From a virus (taxonomy: Duplodnaviria; Caudoviricetes), in IMG/VR virus record IMGVR_UViG_3300046167_000369, positions 1 to 57,312 of that record: a stretch of 57,312 nucleotides of DNA; one strand, written 5' to 3'. The position numbers and the translations under genes were made by a program. Below the pieces are notes generated by a model. It worked only from the letters and a program-made list of their open reading frames with translations. It searched no databases and was not told where the DNA came from. Below are positions 17,353 through 28,200 of the stretch, one piece after another (position 1 is the first letter of the stretch; the number at the start of each line of letters is the position of its first letter).

Positions 17353-18084
17353 ATGGAAATCACTCCCGAAAATATAGAGAAGCTAAGGGATGATGAGCAG
17401 TACTACGGTGATTTTGGTAGACAGTTTCTGTCAAACTCAGACATAGGGAAACTACTCAACGACCCGACACAGTTTCGTCAACCACAGGCTGACAACATAA
17501 ACTTCCACAAGGGTAGGTACTTCCATCAGCTAATACTGGAGCCTGAGAAGGCTGAAGAGACAGAGTTCATTGATGTGTCTTCACGCAACACGAAGGCATA
17601 CAGAGAGCAGGCAACAAGAGGTATCATTATGCTTCAGAAGGAAGGTCAGCAGATTAGAGATTGTGTAAGTGCAATGATGAGTAAGCTACCATTCTTCGAG
17701 GGTATACGCCAAGAGGGGAATGAATATGAAGTACCTGCTATCAAGGAGATAAAGGGTATGCTATGGAAGGGCAAGGCTGATATCGTTTGTTCAGATAAGT
17801 TGATTGACTTGAAGACAACGAGTAACATAGATGACTTCAAGTGGTCGGCAAGGAAGTACAACTACGACAGCCAGTGCTACATATACCAAGAGTTATTTGG
17901 TAAGCCATTGGTATTCTACACAGTAGACAAGACTGATATGAGACTTGGAATCTTTACACCAACAGAAGAATTTGTTCAGAGGGGTGAGGAGAAAGTGATC
18001 AGAGCAGTCAACGTTTACAAGAAGTTCTTTGGAGATAACGCTGAGTTCGATATCAACGAATACTTTATAGAGGACAATCTATAA
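17353..18084 (+). CDS. PD-(D/E)XK exonuclease (RecE/DUF3799-like)
   Basis: LSNSDI, KGKADIV, IDLKTT, YNYDSQCYIY; next to the SSAP. Confidence 0.85.
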   Translation: MEITPENIEKLRDDEQYYGDFGRQFLSNSDIGKLLNDPTQFRQPQADNINFHKGRYFHQLILEPEKAEETEFIDVSSRNTKAYREQATRGIIMLQKEGQQIRDCVSAMMSKLPFFEGIRQEGNEYEVPAIKEIKGMLWKGKADIVCSDKLIDLKTTSNIDDFKWSARKYNYDSQCYIYQELFGKPLVFYTVDKTDMRLGIFTPTEEFVQRGEEKVIRAVNVYKKFFGDNAEFDINEYFIEDNL

Positions 18085-18180
18085 TAAAAATATACAGGCA
18101 GTATGGGTGTGTGTTCCAATGGCTCGTAATGTTTGTAGACTATATGTATAATCAATTGGAACAAATTAAAATCAATTAAA

Positions 18181-18450
18181 ATGGCAGAAGAAAAAATCTT
18201 TGCAGACGGTTTCTTATTTAAGAGAAACGACAACGCTCCAGAATTTGTAGTAGGGAGTCAATCAATTAAGGTAGAGGAGGCAGTAGCTTTCTTGAAGGCT
18301 AACGCTAAGAACGGATGGGTAAACCTATCTATCAAGCAGTCTAAGGGTGGTAACTACTACTGTGAGTTAGATACCTGGGAGCCTAAGAAGGCAGGCAATG
18401 AACAGCCTGCTGCTCAAGCAACTAATGCTGATGCTGACTTACCATTCTAA
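18181..18450 (+). CDS. Putative single-stranded DNA-binding protein
   Basis: Short beta-rich ORF with an ADLPF C-terminus, after SSAP and exonuclease. Confidence 0.7.
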   Translation: MAEEKIFADGFLFKRNDNAPEFVVGSQSIKVEEAVAFLKANAKNGWVNLSIKQSKGGNYYCELDTWEPKKAGNEQPAAQATNADADLPF

Positions 18451-18466
18451 GTTAGACCAATCTAAT

Positions 18467-18500
18467 AAAGAGATGGGGGGCAAACGCTCCCCTCTTTTTT
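18467..18500 (+). terminator. Intrinsic terminator
   Basis: GGGGGGC-AAAC-GCTCCCC followed by TCTTTTTT. Confidence 0.75.
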
Positions 18501-18507
18501 GCCTTAT

Positions 18508-18665
18508 CAAATGTTGAAATGAAAAAAAATAATGCCCTATACTACTTTTTATATTTATTATTATTTATTTTTATTCTCCTCTATAAAGAGAAAAAAAACA
18601 ACATAATCAACACAACCACTGATAATCAATAAGTTAGCAATTAATAATCAACATAAAATCAACAC
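18508..18665. repeat. Origin-like element, copy B
   Basis: AT-rich tract, WAATCAACA iterons (18604, 18645, 18656), AATCAA-n4-TTA at 18624-18636; directly upstream of primase-helicase. Confidence 0.75.
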
Positions 18666-18668
18666 AGT

Positions 18669-21077
18669 ATGTCAGAACAAGTAACAATATTCAAGAACAT
18701 TAAAGAGACCGAAACCCCATTCCACAGGGACATAGAGGTGGTATTAGAGAGAATAAAAGATGGTGCAACAAAGAGTTTAGTTAAGCAGATTCGTTCAACT
18801 AAAGAGAAGCCACAGAGAAATGAACTAAAGAAAAGACTCCCGGCAATATGCTTTTCGGGGACGTTTAATAAACGTAAGGACAATGGTATCGTAAAGCATT
18901 CGGGTTTCGTATGCCTTGACTTCGATGGATACGAGAAGAAGAAGCTACTCCTTGAGCATAAGGAGAAGCTAACCAAGGATCAGTATGTATACTCGGTGTT
19001 TATATCCCCATCGGGTAATGGACTAAAGGTATTGGTTAAGATACCTGCAAGCCCAGAGAATCACGTAAGCTACTTCAACTCATTGGAGAAGTACTTTGAT
19101 TCACCTTACTTCGATAAGACCTGCAAGAACGTAAGTCGTGTATGCTACGAGTCATACGACCCACTACTATTTATTAACCTACACTCAAGTGTATGGGATA
19201 CGATTGCAGAGCCTGAGTACCAAGAGGTAGATAAGTACAACGACCCACAGACCATTCCAATTACTGACGAGAACAAGATAGTTGAGATACTAATTAAGTG
19301 GTGGTCCAAGAAGTATCCGATGGTTGAGGGACAGAGAAACCAAAACTGCTTCGTACTAGCTATGGCATTCAACGACTATGGTATAAACAAATCATTGGCA
19401 GGGTATGTACTAAATAGATATGCAACCCCTGACTTTACAGAGGGTGAGATTTCAAGGACAATAGACAGTGCCTACGCCAATACTTCAAGCTTCGGGACCA
19501 AATACTACAAGGACGATGAGAAGTTGCAGCAAATCAAAGATAAACTAAGGAGAGGAGTATCAAAAAAGGAGATTAGGAATCAGCTAAGTGAAGCAGGACT
19601 CGATTCAGATTCAGTTGACTCCGTTATATCTGTTATTGAAAGCGAGGAGTCCAAGAAAACATTTTGGGAGAAGAGCGACAAGGGTGTGATAAAGATAATC
19701 CACTTCTCGTTTAAGAAGTTCCTTGAGGACAATGGCTTCTACAAGTACTGTCCAGAGGGCGGGAAGAACTACGTGTTCGTTAAGGTTACCAATAACCTAA
19801 TAGACCACACATCTGAGAAGGAGATAAAGGACTTTGTGTTAACGTACCTACAGGACATAGATGACCTAAGCGTATACAACTACTTCGCTGATCAAGTTCG
19901 CTTCTTCAGAGAGGAGTTCTTGACGTTGCTATCTACTATCGATATATACTTCATAGAAGACACAAGGGACTCAGCGTACCTGTACTACCAGAACTGCGCT
20001 GTAAGGATAACTAAGGAGTTGATTGAGCCAATTGACTACCTTGACCTTGGAGGATACGTATGGAAGGACCACATAATAAATCGTAAGTTCAATATATGTG
20101 ATGACAAGAACTGTGACTACTCGGTATTCATTGGGAACATCTGTAACAACAACAAGGAAAGAATCAAAACAATGGAGAGTACCATCGGATATATGATGCA
20201 CGGATACAAGAACTTAAGCTACTGCCCGGCAATCATTTTAAACGATGAGGTAATATCAGACAACCCAGAGGGTGGTACAGGAAAGGGATTGTTTATGAAT
20301 GCACTATCAAAGATGAAGAAGTTAGTGGTGATTGATGGTAAGGCATTCGCATTTGAGAAGTCCTTTCCCTATCAGACAGTATCAGCAGATACACAGATAC
20401 TCTGCTTTGATGACGTTAAGAAACACTTTGACTTCGAGAGGTTGTTTAGTGTGGTTACTGAGGGACTGACACTTGAAAAGAAAAACAAGGATGCTATTAA
20501 GATACCATTCAGCAAGTCACCTAAGATTGCTATTACTACCAACTACGCAATAAAGGGTACAGGTAATTCATTCGCTCGTAGAAAGTGGGAGATTGAGTTA
20601 CACCAATACTACAGTAAGAACTTTACTCCATTGGATGAGTTTAAGAAACACTTCTTTGCTGAGTGGGATGACGATGAGTGGTGCTTATTTGATAACTATA
20701 TGACGTACTGCTTGCAGGATTATCTAAACACAGGACTTGTTAAGAGTAAGTTCGTTAACCTTGAGGTTAGACAGTTGGCTTCAGATACATCTCACGAGTT
20801 TATTGAGTGGTGTGGTCTGGTTAGTGGACACCAAAAGAATGAGAAGATATTCTTTGATACGAGAATGGTTATGCAAGATCTATACTTTGAGTTTATATCC
20901 GAGTACCCGGACTACGCACCAAAGGCTAAGATGACTATTAGTAGAACGAGGTTTTATAGATGGTTGATTACATATGGTAATTTTATTTCTGGTCAAATTC
21001 CTGTTGAGGGAAGAGACTCTACAGGGAGATGGATTATAATTAAGTCACGTGAGAAAGCAAAACAACTTACTATATGA
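18669..21077 (+). CDS. Primase-helicase (VirE-N/BT4734-like primase plus P-loop helicase)
   Basis: LPAICFSGTF, CLDFD, FISPSGNGLK, Walker A GGTGKGL, FDDV, ITTNY. Confidence 0.88.
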   Translation: MSEQVTIFKNIKETETPFHRDIEVVLERIKDGATKSLVKQIRSTKEKPQRNELKKRLPAICFSGTFNKRKDNGIVKHSGFVCLDFDGYEKKKLLLEHKEKLTKDQYVYSVFISPSGNGLKVLVKIPASPENHVSYFNSLEKYFDSPYFDKTCKNVSRVCYESYDPLLFINLHSSVWDTIAEPEYQEVDKYNDPQTIPITDENKIVEILIKWWSKKYPMVEGQRNQNCFVLAMAFNDYGINKSLAGYVLNRYATPDFTEGEISRTIDSAYANTSSFGTKYYKDDEKLQQIKDKLRRGVSKKEIRNQLSEAGLDSDSVDSVISVIESEESKKTFWEKSDKGVIKIIHFSFKKFLEDNGFYKYCPEGGKNYVFVKVTNNLIDHTSEKEIKDFVLTYLQDIDDLSVYNYFADQVRFFREEFLTLLSTIDIYFIEDTRDSAYLYYQNCAVRITKELIEPIDYLDLGGYVWKDHIINRKFNICDDKNCDYSVFIGNICNNNKERIKTMESTIGYMMHGYKNLSYCPAIILNDEVISDNPEGGTGKGLFMNALSKMKKLVVIDGKAFAFEKSFPYQTVSADTQILCFDDVKKHFDFERLFSVVTEGLTLEKKNKDAIKIPFSKSPKIAITTNYAIKGTGNSFARRKWEIELHQYYSKNFTPLDEFKKHFFAEWDDDEWCLFDNYMTYCLQDYLNTGLVKSKFVNLEVRQLASDTSHEFIEWCGLVSGHQKNEKIFFDTRMVMQDLYFEFISEYPDYAPKAKMTISRTRFYRWLITYGNFISGQIPVEGRDSTGRWIIIKSREKAKQLTI

Positions 21078-21304
21078 AAGATAACACAGACATAGCAATG
21101 GAGAACTCCTTTAGGGTTATAATACTCGGTGAAGACTGGGGTGATATTCTAATCAGCGAGGAGCCATACTTTGCTCACGTACCAACGAAGAGGTTCCCAA
21201 GTATGAGGGACATCAATAACTTAATTGAATACTTTAAATTAAAGAAAGACTTAGATAAATGTGCAGCATTACAAAGATACATAGAGGAAAACCCGACTCA
21301 ATAA
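21074..21304 (+). CDS. Hypothetical protein, 76 aa
   Basis: ATGA overlap with the primase gene. Confidence 0.7.
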   Translation: MKDNTDIAMENSFRVIILGEDWGDILISEEPYFAHVPTKRFPSMRDINNLIEYFKLKKDLDKCAALQRYIEENPTQ

Positions 21305-22749
21305 TTGAGAGACACAGTGGCTACTCTGACGAGCAGATGTACGAGAGGTGCAAGGTATCATATGGTGTAATGACAAAGACCCATCCTATAAAAGTTGGGA
21401 GGGGTAAGAAGGCTGTCACGTTGCAGAAGAGGGTATTCCCTGTAGATGTTGTGGCTGAAAAAAGAATAGTCGAAAGTCTTAAATATTATAAAAACAGAAT
21501 GGAGAATCCAAGTAAAATAAAGTTCAGAGATTATCAGAACAAAATAATATCAAGCGGATCAGAGATACTATTGAAGCACGGATTTCTATACTTGACTATG
21601 GAGGTTAGGACAGGAAAGACGCTGACTAGCCTGGGCATAGCGAGTATTATGAAGAGCAGCAGAGTATTGTTCGTAACAAAGAAGAAGGCTATCAGTAGCA
21701 TAGAGAAGGACTACGACCTGTTGAAGCCTGAGTTTGATATACAGGTAATAAACTACGAGTCACTTCACAAGGTTGAAGACTTCAGCTTTGATGTATTGAT
21801 TCTTGATGAGGCTCACAGTATGGGTGCGTTCCCAAAGCCAAGTAAGAGAGCGAAGCAGGTAAGGGATATAGTATCTAAGCACAACCCATACGTGATACTG
21901 CTGTCGGGTACACCAACGCCTGAGTCGTACAGTCAGATGTACCACCAGGTGTATGGCATACAGAACAACCCGTTCAACGAGTGTATAAACTTCTACAAGT
22001 TCGCCAAGAGGTATGTCAACGTGAAGCAGAGAAAGATAAACGGTCTGTTCATCAATGACTACCACGATGGTCTAAAGTCTATCGTTGACGATATGAAGCC
22101 ATACATAATATCATTCTCACAGAAGGAGGCAGGGTTCAAGGTAGATACCAAGGAGCATATCCTTGAGGTTGATATGGATCCAATGACCTACAAGCTAACG
22201 TCAAAGCTTAAGAAGGACTTGGTCATAGAGGGAAAGGACGAGGTGATACTTGCCGACACACCTGTCAAGCTTATGATGAAGCTGCACCAACTCTACTCCG
22301 GCACTGTGAAGTTTGAGTCTGGAAACTCAACCATCATTGATACGTCAAAGGCTGAGTATATATACGACAACTTCTGCCTACAGAAGATTGGCATCTTCTA
22401 TAAGTTCAAGGAGGAGTTGAACGCACTCAAGGAGGTATATGGCGATCAGCTATGCACAGAACTTGAGGAGTTCGAGAACACAGACAAGACCATTGCCCTT
22501 CAGATTGTGTCTGGTAGGGAGGGTATATCCCTTAAGCAAGCCAAGGCATTGGTGTACTATAACATTGACTTCAGTGCCACAAGCTATTGGCAGAGCAGGG
22601 ACAGGATGACAACCAAGGAACGATTAGAGTCTGATGTGTATTGGATATTCTCCAAGGGTGGCATAGAGAAGGACATATACAAAGCGGTAAGTAAAAAGAA
22701 GGACTATACTGTTAGTCACTTCAAGAAGGATTTATTAACTTTAAATTAA
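21259..22749 (+). CDS. SF2 (SNF2-like) helicase
   Basis: FRDYQ, EVRTGKT, ILDEAH, LSGTP, QSRDR; start uncertain. Confidence 0.88.
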   Translation: MCSITKIHRGKPDSIIERHSGYSDEQMYERCKVSYGVMTKTHPIKVGRGKKAVTLQKRVFPVDVVAEKRIVESLKYYKNRMENPSKIKFRDYQNKIISSGSEILLKHGFLYLTMEVRTGKTLTSLGIASIMKSSRVLFVTKKKAISSIEKDYDLLKPEFDIQVINYESLHKVEDFSFDVLILDEAHSMGAFPKPSKRAKQVRDIVSKHNPYVILLSGTPTPESYSQMYHQVYGIQNNPFNECINFYKFAKRYVNVKQRKINGLFINDYHDGLKSIVDDMKPYIISFSQKEAGFKVDTKEHILEVDMDPMTYKLTSKLKKDLVIEGKDEVILADTPVKLMMKLHQLYSGTVKFESGNSTIIDTSKAEYIYDNFCLQKIGIFYKFKEELNALKEVYGDQLCTELEEFENTDKTIALQIVSGREGISLKQAKALVYYNIDFSATSYWQSRDRMTTKERLESDVYWIFSKGGIEKDIYKAVSKKKDYTVSHFKKDLLTLN

Positions 22750-22751
22750 AT

Positions 22752-23150
22752 ATGATGAACTACAGAGATTACAAATACAATTTAGTTACAGAGAAAAAAA
22801 TTATTGAATTTATAAATTCAGCAGATAAACCTTTACGAAGAAAAGACATAAAAAAATATGCTCTTAGTATAGGTTACAAGGATAGAACACTTAGTGATAT
22901 GCTTAAAAAAAGCGTTGTGAGTGGAAAAATACAAAGAATAAGTCAAGGTTTATATATGGGAACAGATAATAGAAAGGTTGGAAGTTTAGAGGTAATAGGG
23001 TACTCATTTGAGATGATTGAAGACGAGCCTAAGATAGTTATATCGATGGTAAAAGTTTTAGATACTGATGGTAAGTACATTAAATTTGCAAAACTAAAAG
23101 GTGTTGAGCCTTATTTACATATGTATCCAATATCATTTGCGAAAAAATGA
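22752..23150 (+). CDS. Putative winged-helix DNA-binding protein
   Basis: KPLRRKDI...LSDMLKKSVVSGKIQRISQGLY pattern. Confidence 0.55.
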   Translation: MMNYRDYKYNLVTEKKIIEFINSADKPLRRKDIKKYALSIGYKDRTLSDMLKKSVVSGKIQRISQGLYMGTDNRKVGSLEVIGYSFEMIEDEPKIVISMVKVLDTDGKYIKFAKLKGVEPYLHMYPISFAKK

Positions 23151-23155
23151 TTTGC

Positions 23156-23163
23156 TATATTTG
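23156..23163 (+). promoter_or_regulatory. -7 promoter box TATATTTG
   Basis: Intergenic, 6 nt before the ATG (near-leaderless). Confidence 0.5.
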
Positions 23164-23169
23164 TAATAG

Positions 23170-23409
23170 ATGACCGAACAACAAATACAATCCAAGAGGA
23201 TAAAGCAACTGGAGTCTGAGGGGTACTACGTACTCAAGCTAGTGAAGACCAACAAGAATGGGATACCGGATATACTAGCTATACCACCAAATGCAGGTGT
23301 TATCTTTAGCGAAGTAAAGACACCAAAGGGTAGGGTGTCAAAGTTACAGGAGTATAGACTAAAAGAATTAGAAGGATATGGATTTAGAACTGAAGTATTT
23401 AGAGGCTGA
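23170..23409 (+). CDS. VRR-NUC domain nuclease
   Basis: TEQQIQ, GIPDIL, FSEVKTPKGRVSKLQ. Confidence 0.85.
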   Translation: MTEQQIQSKRIKQLESEGYYVLKLVKTNKNGIPDILAIPPNAGVIFSEVKTPKGRVSKLQEYRLKELEGYGFRTEVFRG

Positions 23410-23737
23410 GACAAAGTGTGATATCGAAGACTGGTTCTTTGATAGGATGTCAGAGTATTCCATTGAAGATGCATCTACTATCATAGGAAGCACAGTTACG
23501 ATATTGGATGATCTTCCATACTCAGAGGGTTGGAGTCAGGAGATATCAGGTGTGATAAAGAAAGAGGATCCTATATTCTTTGTGGTTGAATACGTGAAGC
23601 AGGAAAATGAAATGCCATCATTGGTCGATGTGTACGAAATAGAAATGGATGAGTACCTAGACTACATTAAAAAAAATCAAACAATAAATTATTATGAATC
23701 AAATAGAAATGTTAAACCTAAAGCAGAGCAAGATTGA
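23378..23737 (+). CDS. Acidic hypothetical protein, 119 aa
   Basis: Overlapping ORF in the operon. Confidence 0.7.
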   Translation: MDLELKYLEAETKCDIEDWFFDRMSEYSIEDASTIIGSTVTILDDLPYSEGWSQEISGVIKKEDPIFFVVEYVKQENEMPSLVDVYEIEMDEYLDYIKKNQTINYYESNRNVKPKAEQD

Positions 23738-24284
23738 TAGGCTTCAGGCTATAATTAAATCAACACTACTCGTTGATGTAAAGAATGACAAGAACAGAAG
23801 ACGCAATACCATAAACGCAAGATACATATACGCTGAGATACTTAGGAAGGATGGGTTCGGATGCTCAGACATTGGCAGGTCAATATGCAAGAACCACGCA
23901 ACCGTACTACACTACTTTAAAAACTTTGATGGATTCATAGAATCAGACAAAACATTCAGAGAAACCTTTGATTTAATAAGGAAAAGATACACAGACCATT
24001 ACGATTATGTTATAGATATGTCGTATGAAGAAATAAAAAAAGAAGCTTTTGCTTTGAGAATTGAAAATAAAAAACTAAATTCGGAAACAGACAGACTTCA
24101 ACTTGAACTACATTCTTTAAAAGAATCGTTTAAATTAATGGAGAAAGAGACCCAGGAGAAGGCAGAACAAGAGGAACGTCTAAATAAAATATACACTGTT
24201 ATTAAGCAGCGAACAAAGTACGGAACTGAACAAAAGGTTTTAAATAAAATAAATAATTTGTACAATGGTATATACGACTACTGA
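23694..24284 (+). CDS. DnaA domain IV-like HTH protein with coiled coil
   Basis: RRRNTINARYIY...SDIGRSICKNHATVLHY mirrors the DnaA signature (IG..F..RDHTTV.H). Confidence 0.75.
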   Translation: MNQIEMLNLKQSKIDRLQAIIKSTLLVDVKNDKNRRRNTINARYIYAEILRKDGFGCSDIGRSICKNHATVLHYFKNFDGFIESDKTFRETFDLIRKRYTDHYDYVIDMSYEEIKKEAFALRIENKKLNSETDRLQLELHSLKESFKLMEKETQEKAEQEERLNKIYTVIKQRTKYGTEQKVLNKINNLYNGIYDY

Positions 24285-24504
24285 TATTGACAAGGTGTTA
24301 TCTTACAAGACTTGGTCTAACAAACGCAAGTCAGATGAGTTACTTAGGATGGACTGTAATATGTATTGCAACTTAGGATCGGACTCTACAAAATCAGATC
24401 GTGCTGCTGTCAGGGTTGTATCTCGAAAGATATACTCAGCTATAAAGACGGTTGATGATTCGTTAGGAACATTATTGATACAAACTATAGACCCTAAAAA
24501 ATGA
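24265..24504 (+). CDS. Hypothetical protein, 79 aa
   Basis: ORF in the operon. Confidence 0.7.
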   Translation: MVYTTTDIDKVLSYKTWSNKRKSDELLRMDCNMYCNLGSDSTKSDRAAVRVVSRKIYSAIKTVDDSLGTLLIQTIDPKK

Positions 24505-24508
24505 TATA

Positions 24509-24703
24509 ATGGCACAGGACTTCTCGGTATTTGATATAGACAGAATCAATCATATAAATTATCTGATGGATAAGATTAACGACTGCTCTAATAACATATA
24601 CGAGGCTCTTGTTGATAGGGAGTTCGAGGACCTGGCAAAAGAAATAGATGTCCTTGAATCAATACTAAAAGAAATATCTGAATCTATAGATGATGAAGTA
24701 TAA
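24509..24703 (+). CDS. Hypothetical protein, 64 aa
   Basis: ORF in the operon. Confidence 0.65.
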   Translation: MAQDFSVFDIDRINHINYLMDKINDCSNNIYEALVDREFEDLAKEIDVLESILKEISESIDDEV

Positions 24704-25118
24704 CTACTCGCAATTTGCATCTGAAAAGCAGCTATATGAATTCGTTAAGGAGTTCTATATAGATGACCTAACTAATTCAGAATCATCCACGAGTAGATAC
24801 GATTGCACATCTGAGAAGTATAATATAGATATTGAATTAAAGTGCAGGCGCAAGCACTACGATGAGTTGTTGATAGAGAAGTCTAAGTACGATTCATTAA
24901 TCAGGCGTTCAAAAGAATTAGGTACTACTGTGGTATATATAAACTCTACACCTGAGGGGGTGTGGGGTTTTTATTTGAATGAGTGTAACATCGAGTGGTC
25001 TACAAGGGACCTGCCTAAGCAGACAGACTTCAGCCGGAGGCATAGAGTTCCAAAGGTAGTTGGATACCTCAACGTAAACGATGGCGTTGATTTACTTTCT
25101 CTTCTTCCTTCTGTTTAA
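24690..25118 (+). CDS. PD-(D/E)XK-like nuclease
   Basis: RYDC...IELKCR...LLIEKSKYD motif. Confidence 0.6.
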   Translation: MMKYNYSQFASEKQLYEFVKEFYIDDLTNSESSTSRYDCTSEKYNIDIELKCRRKHYDELLIEKSKYDSLIRRSKELGTTVVYINSTPEGVWGFYLNECNIEWSTRDLPKQTDFSRRHRVPKVVGYLNVNDGVDLLSLLPSV

Positions 25119-25238
25119 CTTATGAAGCTTTGACTTCTTGAATCCATCAGTGGCGTAGTAAAGCTTCACCTGTTTATCGGTGAAGACCTTACCACTTGGA
25201 CTGATGTTTTTATTTCTCCCTATCTTCTTGAACGGCAT
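25092..25238 (-). CDS. Small basic protein, 48 aa, last gene of the late arm
   Basis: MPFKKIGRNKNISPSGKVFTDKQVKLYYATDGFKK...RRKKRK. Confidence 0.6.
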   Translation of the reverse strand: MPFKKIGRNKNISPSGKVFTDKQVKLYYATDGFKKSKLHKLNRRKKRK

Positions 25239-25245
25239 AGCTTAG

Positions 25246-28200
25246 TTATTTTTTTAGCTTTTTTAGTTCTTCTTTTCTTTTCTTATCTTTCTCTTCTTTC
25301 TTCTTTCTTCTCTCTTCACTTACTTCTTCTTTTAATCTTTCAAGTTTTTCATATTCTGGACTCAAGTCCCCGAAGGTCTTATCCCATAGGAATATATCAT
25401 CCTCCTTCATTTCACTTTCACTTTTATATATCGTAGACTCAAGAAGTTTATCTCTTAATTGTTTTAGTTCTTTAGCCTTAGGGCTTGAACTTGAAGTTTT
25501 TGCTCCTCCTTCGATAACATAATTAGAATATCCAAGTATCTTAAGTATATCTTTACTTATGTCTCCTCCTTCTCCTAGAGTTGAGTAGTTTTCATATAGC
25601 TTATTTAATGTTGGTCCAGGCACACCTCCAATAGTAAATAACTCAAGATAAAAATTCTTCATTTTTTCAGCTTTCTTGACAGGGTCCTCTGTTTGAATTG
25701 CAATCTTTGCTTTTGTCGTTATCTGCTGTGCTGTTTGAAGTAAACCAACAGACTTTGTACCTGTACCTGCCCAAGGTTTACCTGTCGCTAAGTCAGCACC
25801 CATATTAATAAATTCACCTATTATAAATAAAGCGTTTAAATTTCCAACAATACCTGCTCTAAACAAGTCTGCTTCATCCTCATCATCAAAGTCAGTAAGA
25901 AGTCCCGGAAGACCTGAAGATATATATTGGAATAACACTGGCATAGCTATATGGTACATAATAAATGTTCTAACATTCTCCATCAATGTTCCCTTGCCTG
26001 CAGTCTTGTCCAACTTTGATATCTTTTTACTTAGATTCCTTATTGACTGAATCTCTTTTCTAAGATATTGTTTTTGAGTTGTTAAGAACATATTAAGTCC
26101 TCTCATTATAGCATCTCCTGTTTGAAAGACATCCTTATCCTGAAGATCACTAGACTGCTGAGTTCTTTTTGTAGCCCTTTCAAACCTTTTAACAGCGTAA
26201 TCAATAGCCTGTTGTTCTGTAGCTTTTGGATTTTTCTTTTTAAACTGAGCCTTATGGTATGAGTATAAAGGTAAACCACCAAGCATAATTGCAGTTCTAT
26301 CACCTACCTTTATGTGGTACATCATTGCTTTTAGAATCCATTCTTTTGCAGGTTTAGGAACAAAGCTTTTCATTGCATCTTCAGAATAGCTTTCTATATT
26401 TTTCATAATAGAATCATACTTCCTGTCTTGCATATATATAGAGTTGTCCCTAACTTCCTTCCAAACCTTTGCTTGTTGTGCTTTATTTTTAGATGCGTAT
26501 TCAAGCCACTTTAATCCACCAATATCATTCATATATGTAAACGTAGACGTTAGCTGTTTTATATATATTACTGGAGAAAGTGCAAGCCTTGCAATTATAA
26601 ACGCAGTGTTCCAAGAGTTTACAAACTTATCTGTAGTTGAAGTCCTAGCCCCTCTATTTGCTATCTTCTTTAAAGAAACATCAATTAATTCCTTAGCTGT
26701 TTTCCCATATATATTCTCAATTGAAGAACTTATGTACTGATTTGAAAAAATTCTGTTTATATAACTTATGTTTTCGGCATATGCAGCAAAGTATTCCATA
26801 TCAGTTAGATATGTCATAAGTGCATCATCACCGTCCATTGCAATTATCTTCTTATTGGTATTCATTCTAGCCTTGCTTGACTGTGCAGTAACTACATTAG
26901 ATGCCTTTCCAACACCTGAAATTAAGTCTAAAGGTTCCTGCTCCACTCCATCTATATATTTTTTACCTGCATAGTTTTCATTCTGAGGCATATTTGTTCT
27001 GTATATTTTTCTGTATACATCATTGTACTTAGAGTACTTTGAAGGGAATAGTTCGTCTACTTGAAAGTCTGCCCACTTCTTAACCTCAGGCTCAAGAGCA
27101 TTCTCAATCTCAGACATTACACGCTTGGCATTTTCTTTATTTATCTCTTTCTTTCTTTCTATTTCCTCCTTGCTGTCAAACTCTGAATTTATTTGTTCTA
27201 ACCCAAACATATCCACACTCTCAAAAGAAGGATGATTTGATGGGTCCTTGTATTGGTTATATAAATAATACAATTGATTTTGACTTAGTACTAATGAGTT
27301 TTCTACAACTGCATCTTTCAAAGCCTTCTTTGTTTCCCCGTTTTTATTATCGTTATAGTTGTCTTTTGCTTTCTGCAATAATGATTTATCTATTACTATA
27401 CCTGTGTTTTTTAATTTTTTATTTTGACGTATTTTATATGCAGTCTTACGCCAAGACTTATTTCCATATATCTCAATAAGTTTATTTTTAATCATAGACT
27501 CATACTCCATCCTTGCTTTCTTGAACTCAATAGATGATTCATCTATCCTTTCTGTTACAAGTTTCTGAAGATTTCCTCCAAACATTTCCCCTGGCATTGA
27601 TGATATCTTGTCAATCAAACCATCTAAAGCCTCTGCACTTGTTAATACATCATCTACTTTTACACCTATACTTTTGAGTATTTGTTTAGTTTTTGCATCA
27701 ACCTTCTTAGAGAGTTCTTTATTTTCTTGTCCTCTCTTAGCTAGTTTAAGTTCTTTTATAGCATCAGGTGAACTAAGGTCAATTTTATTACCTGTTATCT
27801 CTTCATAAGCTATTTCAAAGTCTTCCTTAGCCTTTAGTCTTGATCTTTCAATTTCTGATTTCAATTCAGTCTTACCCTCTGATATTATTTGACTTAAAGT
27901 AGTATCTATATTATCAAGGGACTGTATCTTACTAAAGTCAGTATCATCCATTAGCTGAGAGTTGTTATACTCTATTGCAACTTGAATGTCTACCATTCTG
28001 TTTACCTGCTCATTACTAAGCTGACCCTCGGAATTTAATGTATTAAACTCATTAACTAAATCCTCGTTTATTTTAGCTATGGTCTCTACGTCCTGTTCTG
28101 TAATTGTTTTTTTAGTAGGCTTAAATATATTACTATTTATATAGTCAATACGTTCTTTAGCAGCAACACTTATTATCTTTCCTTTTAATCTACCACTCTG

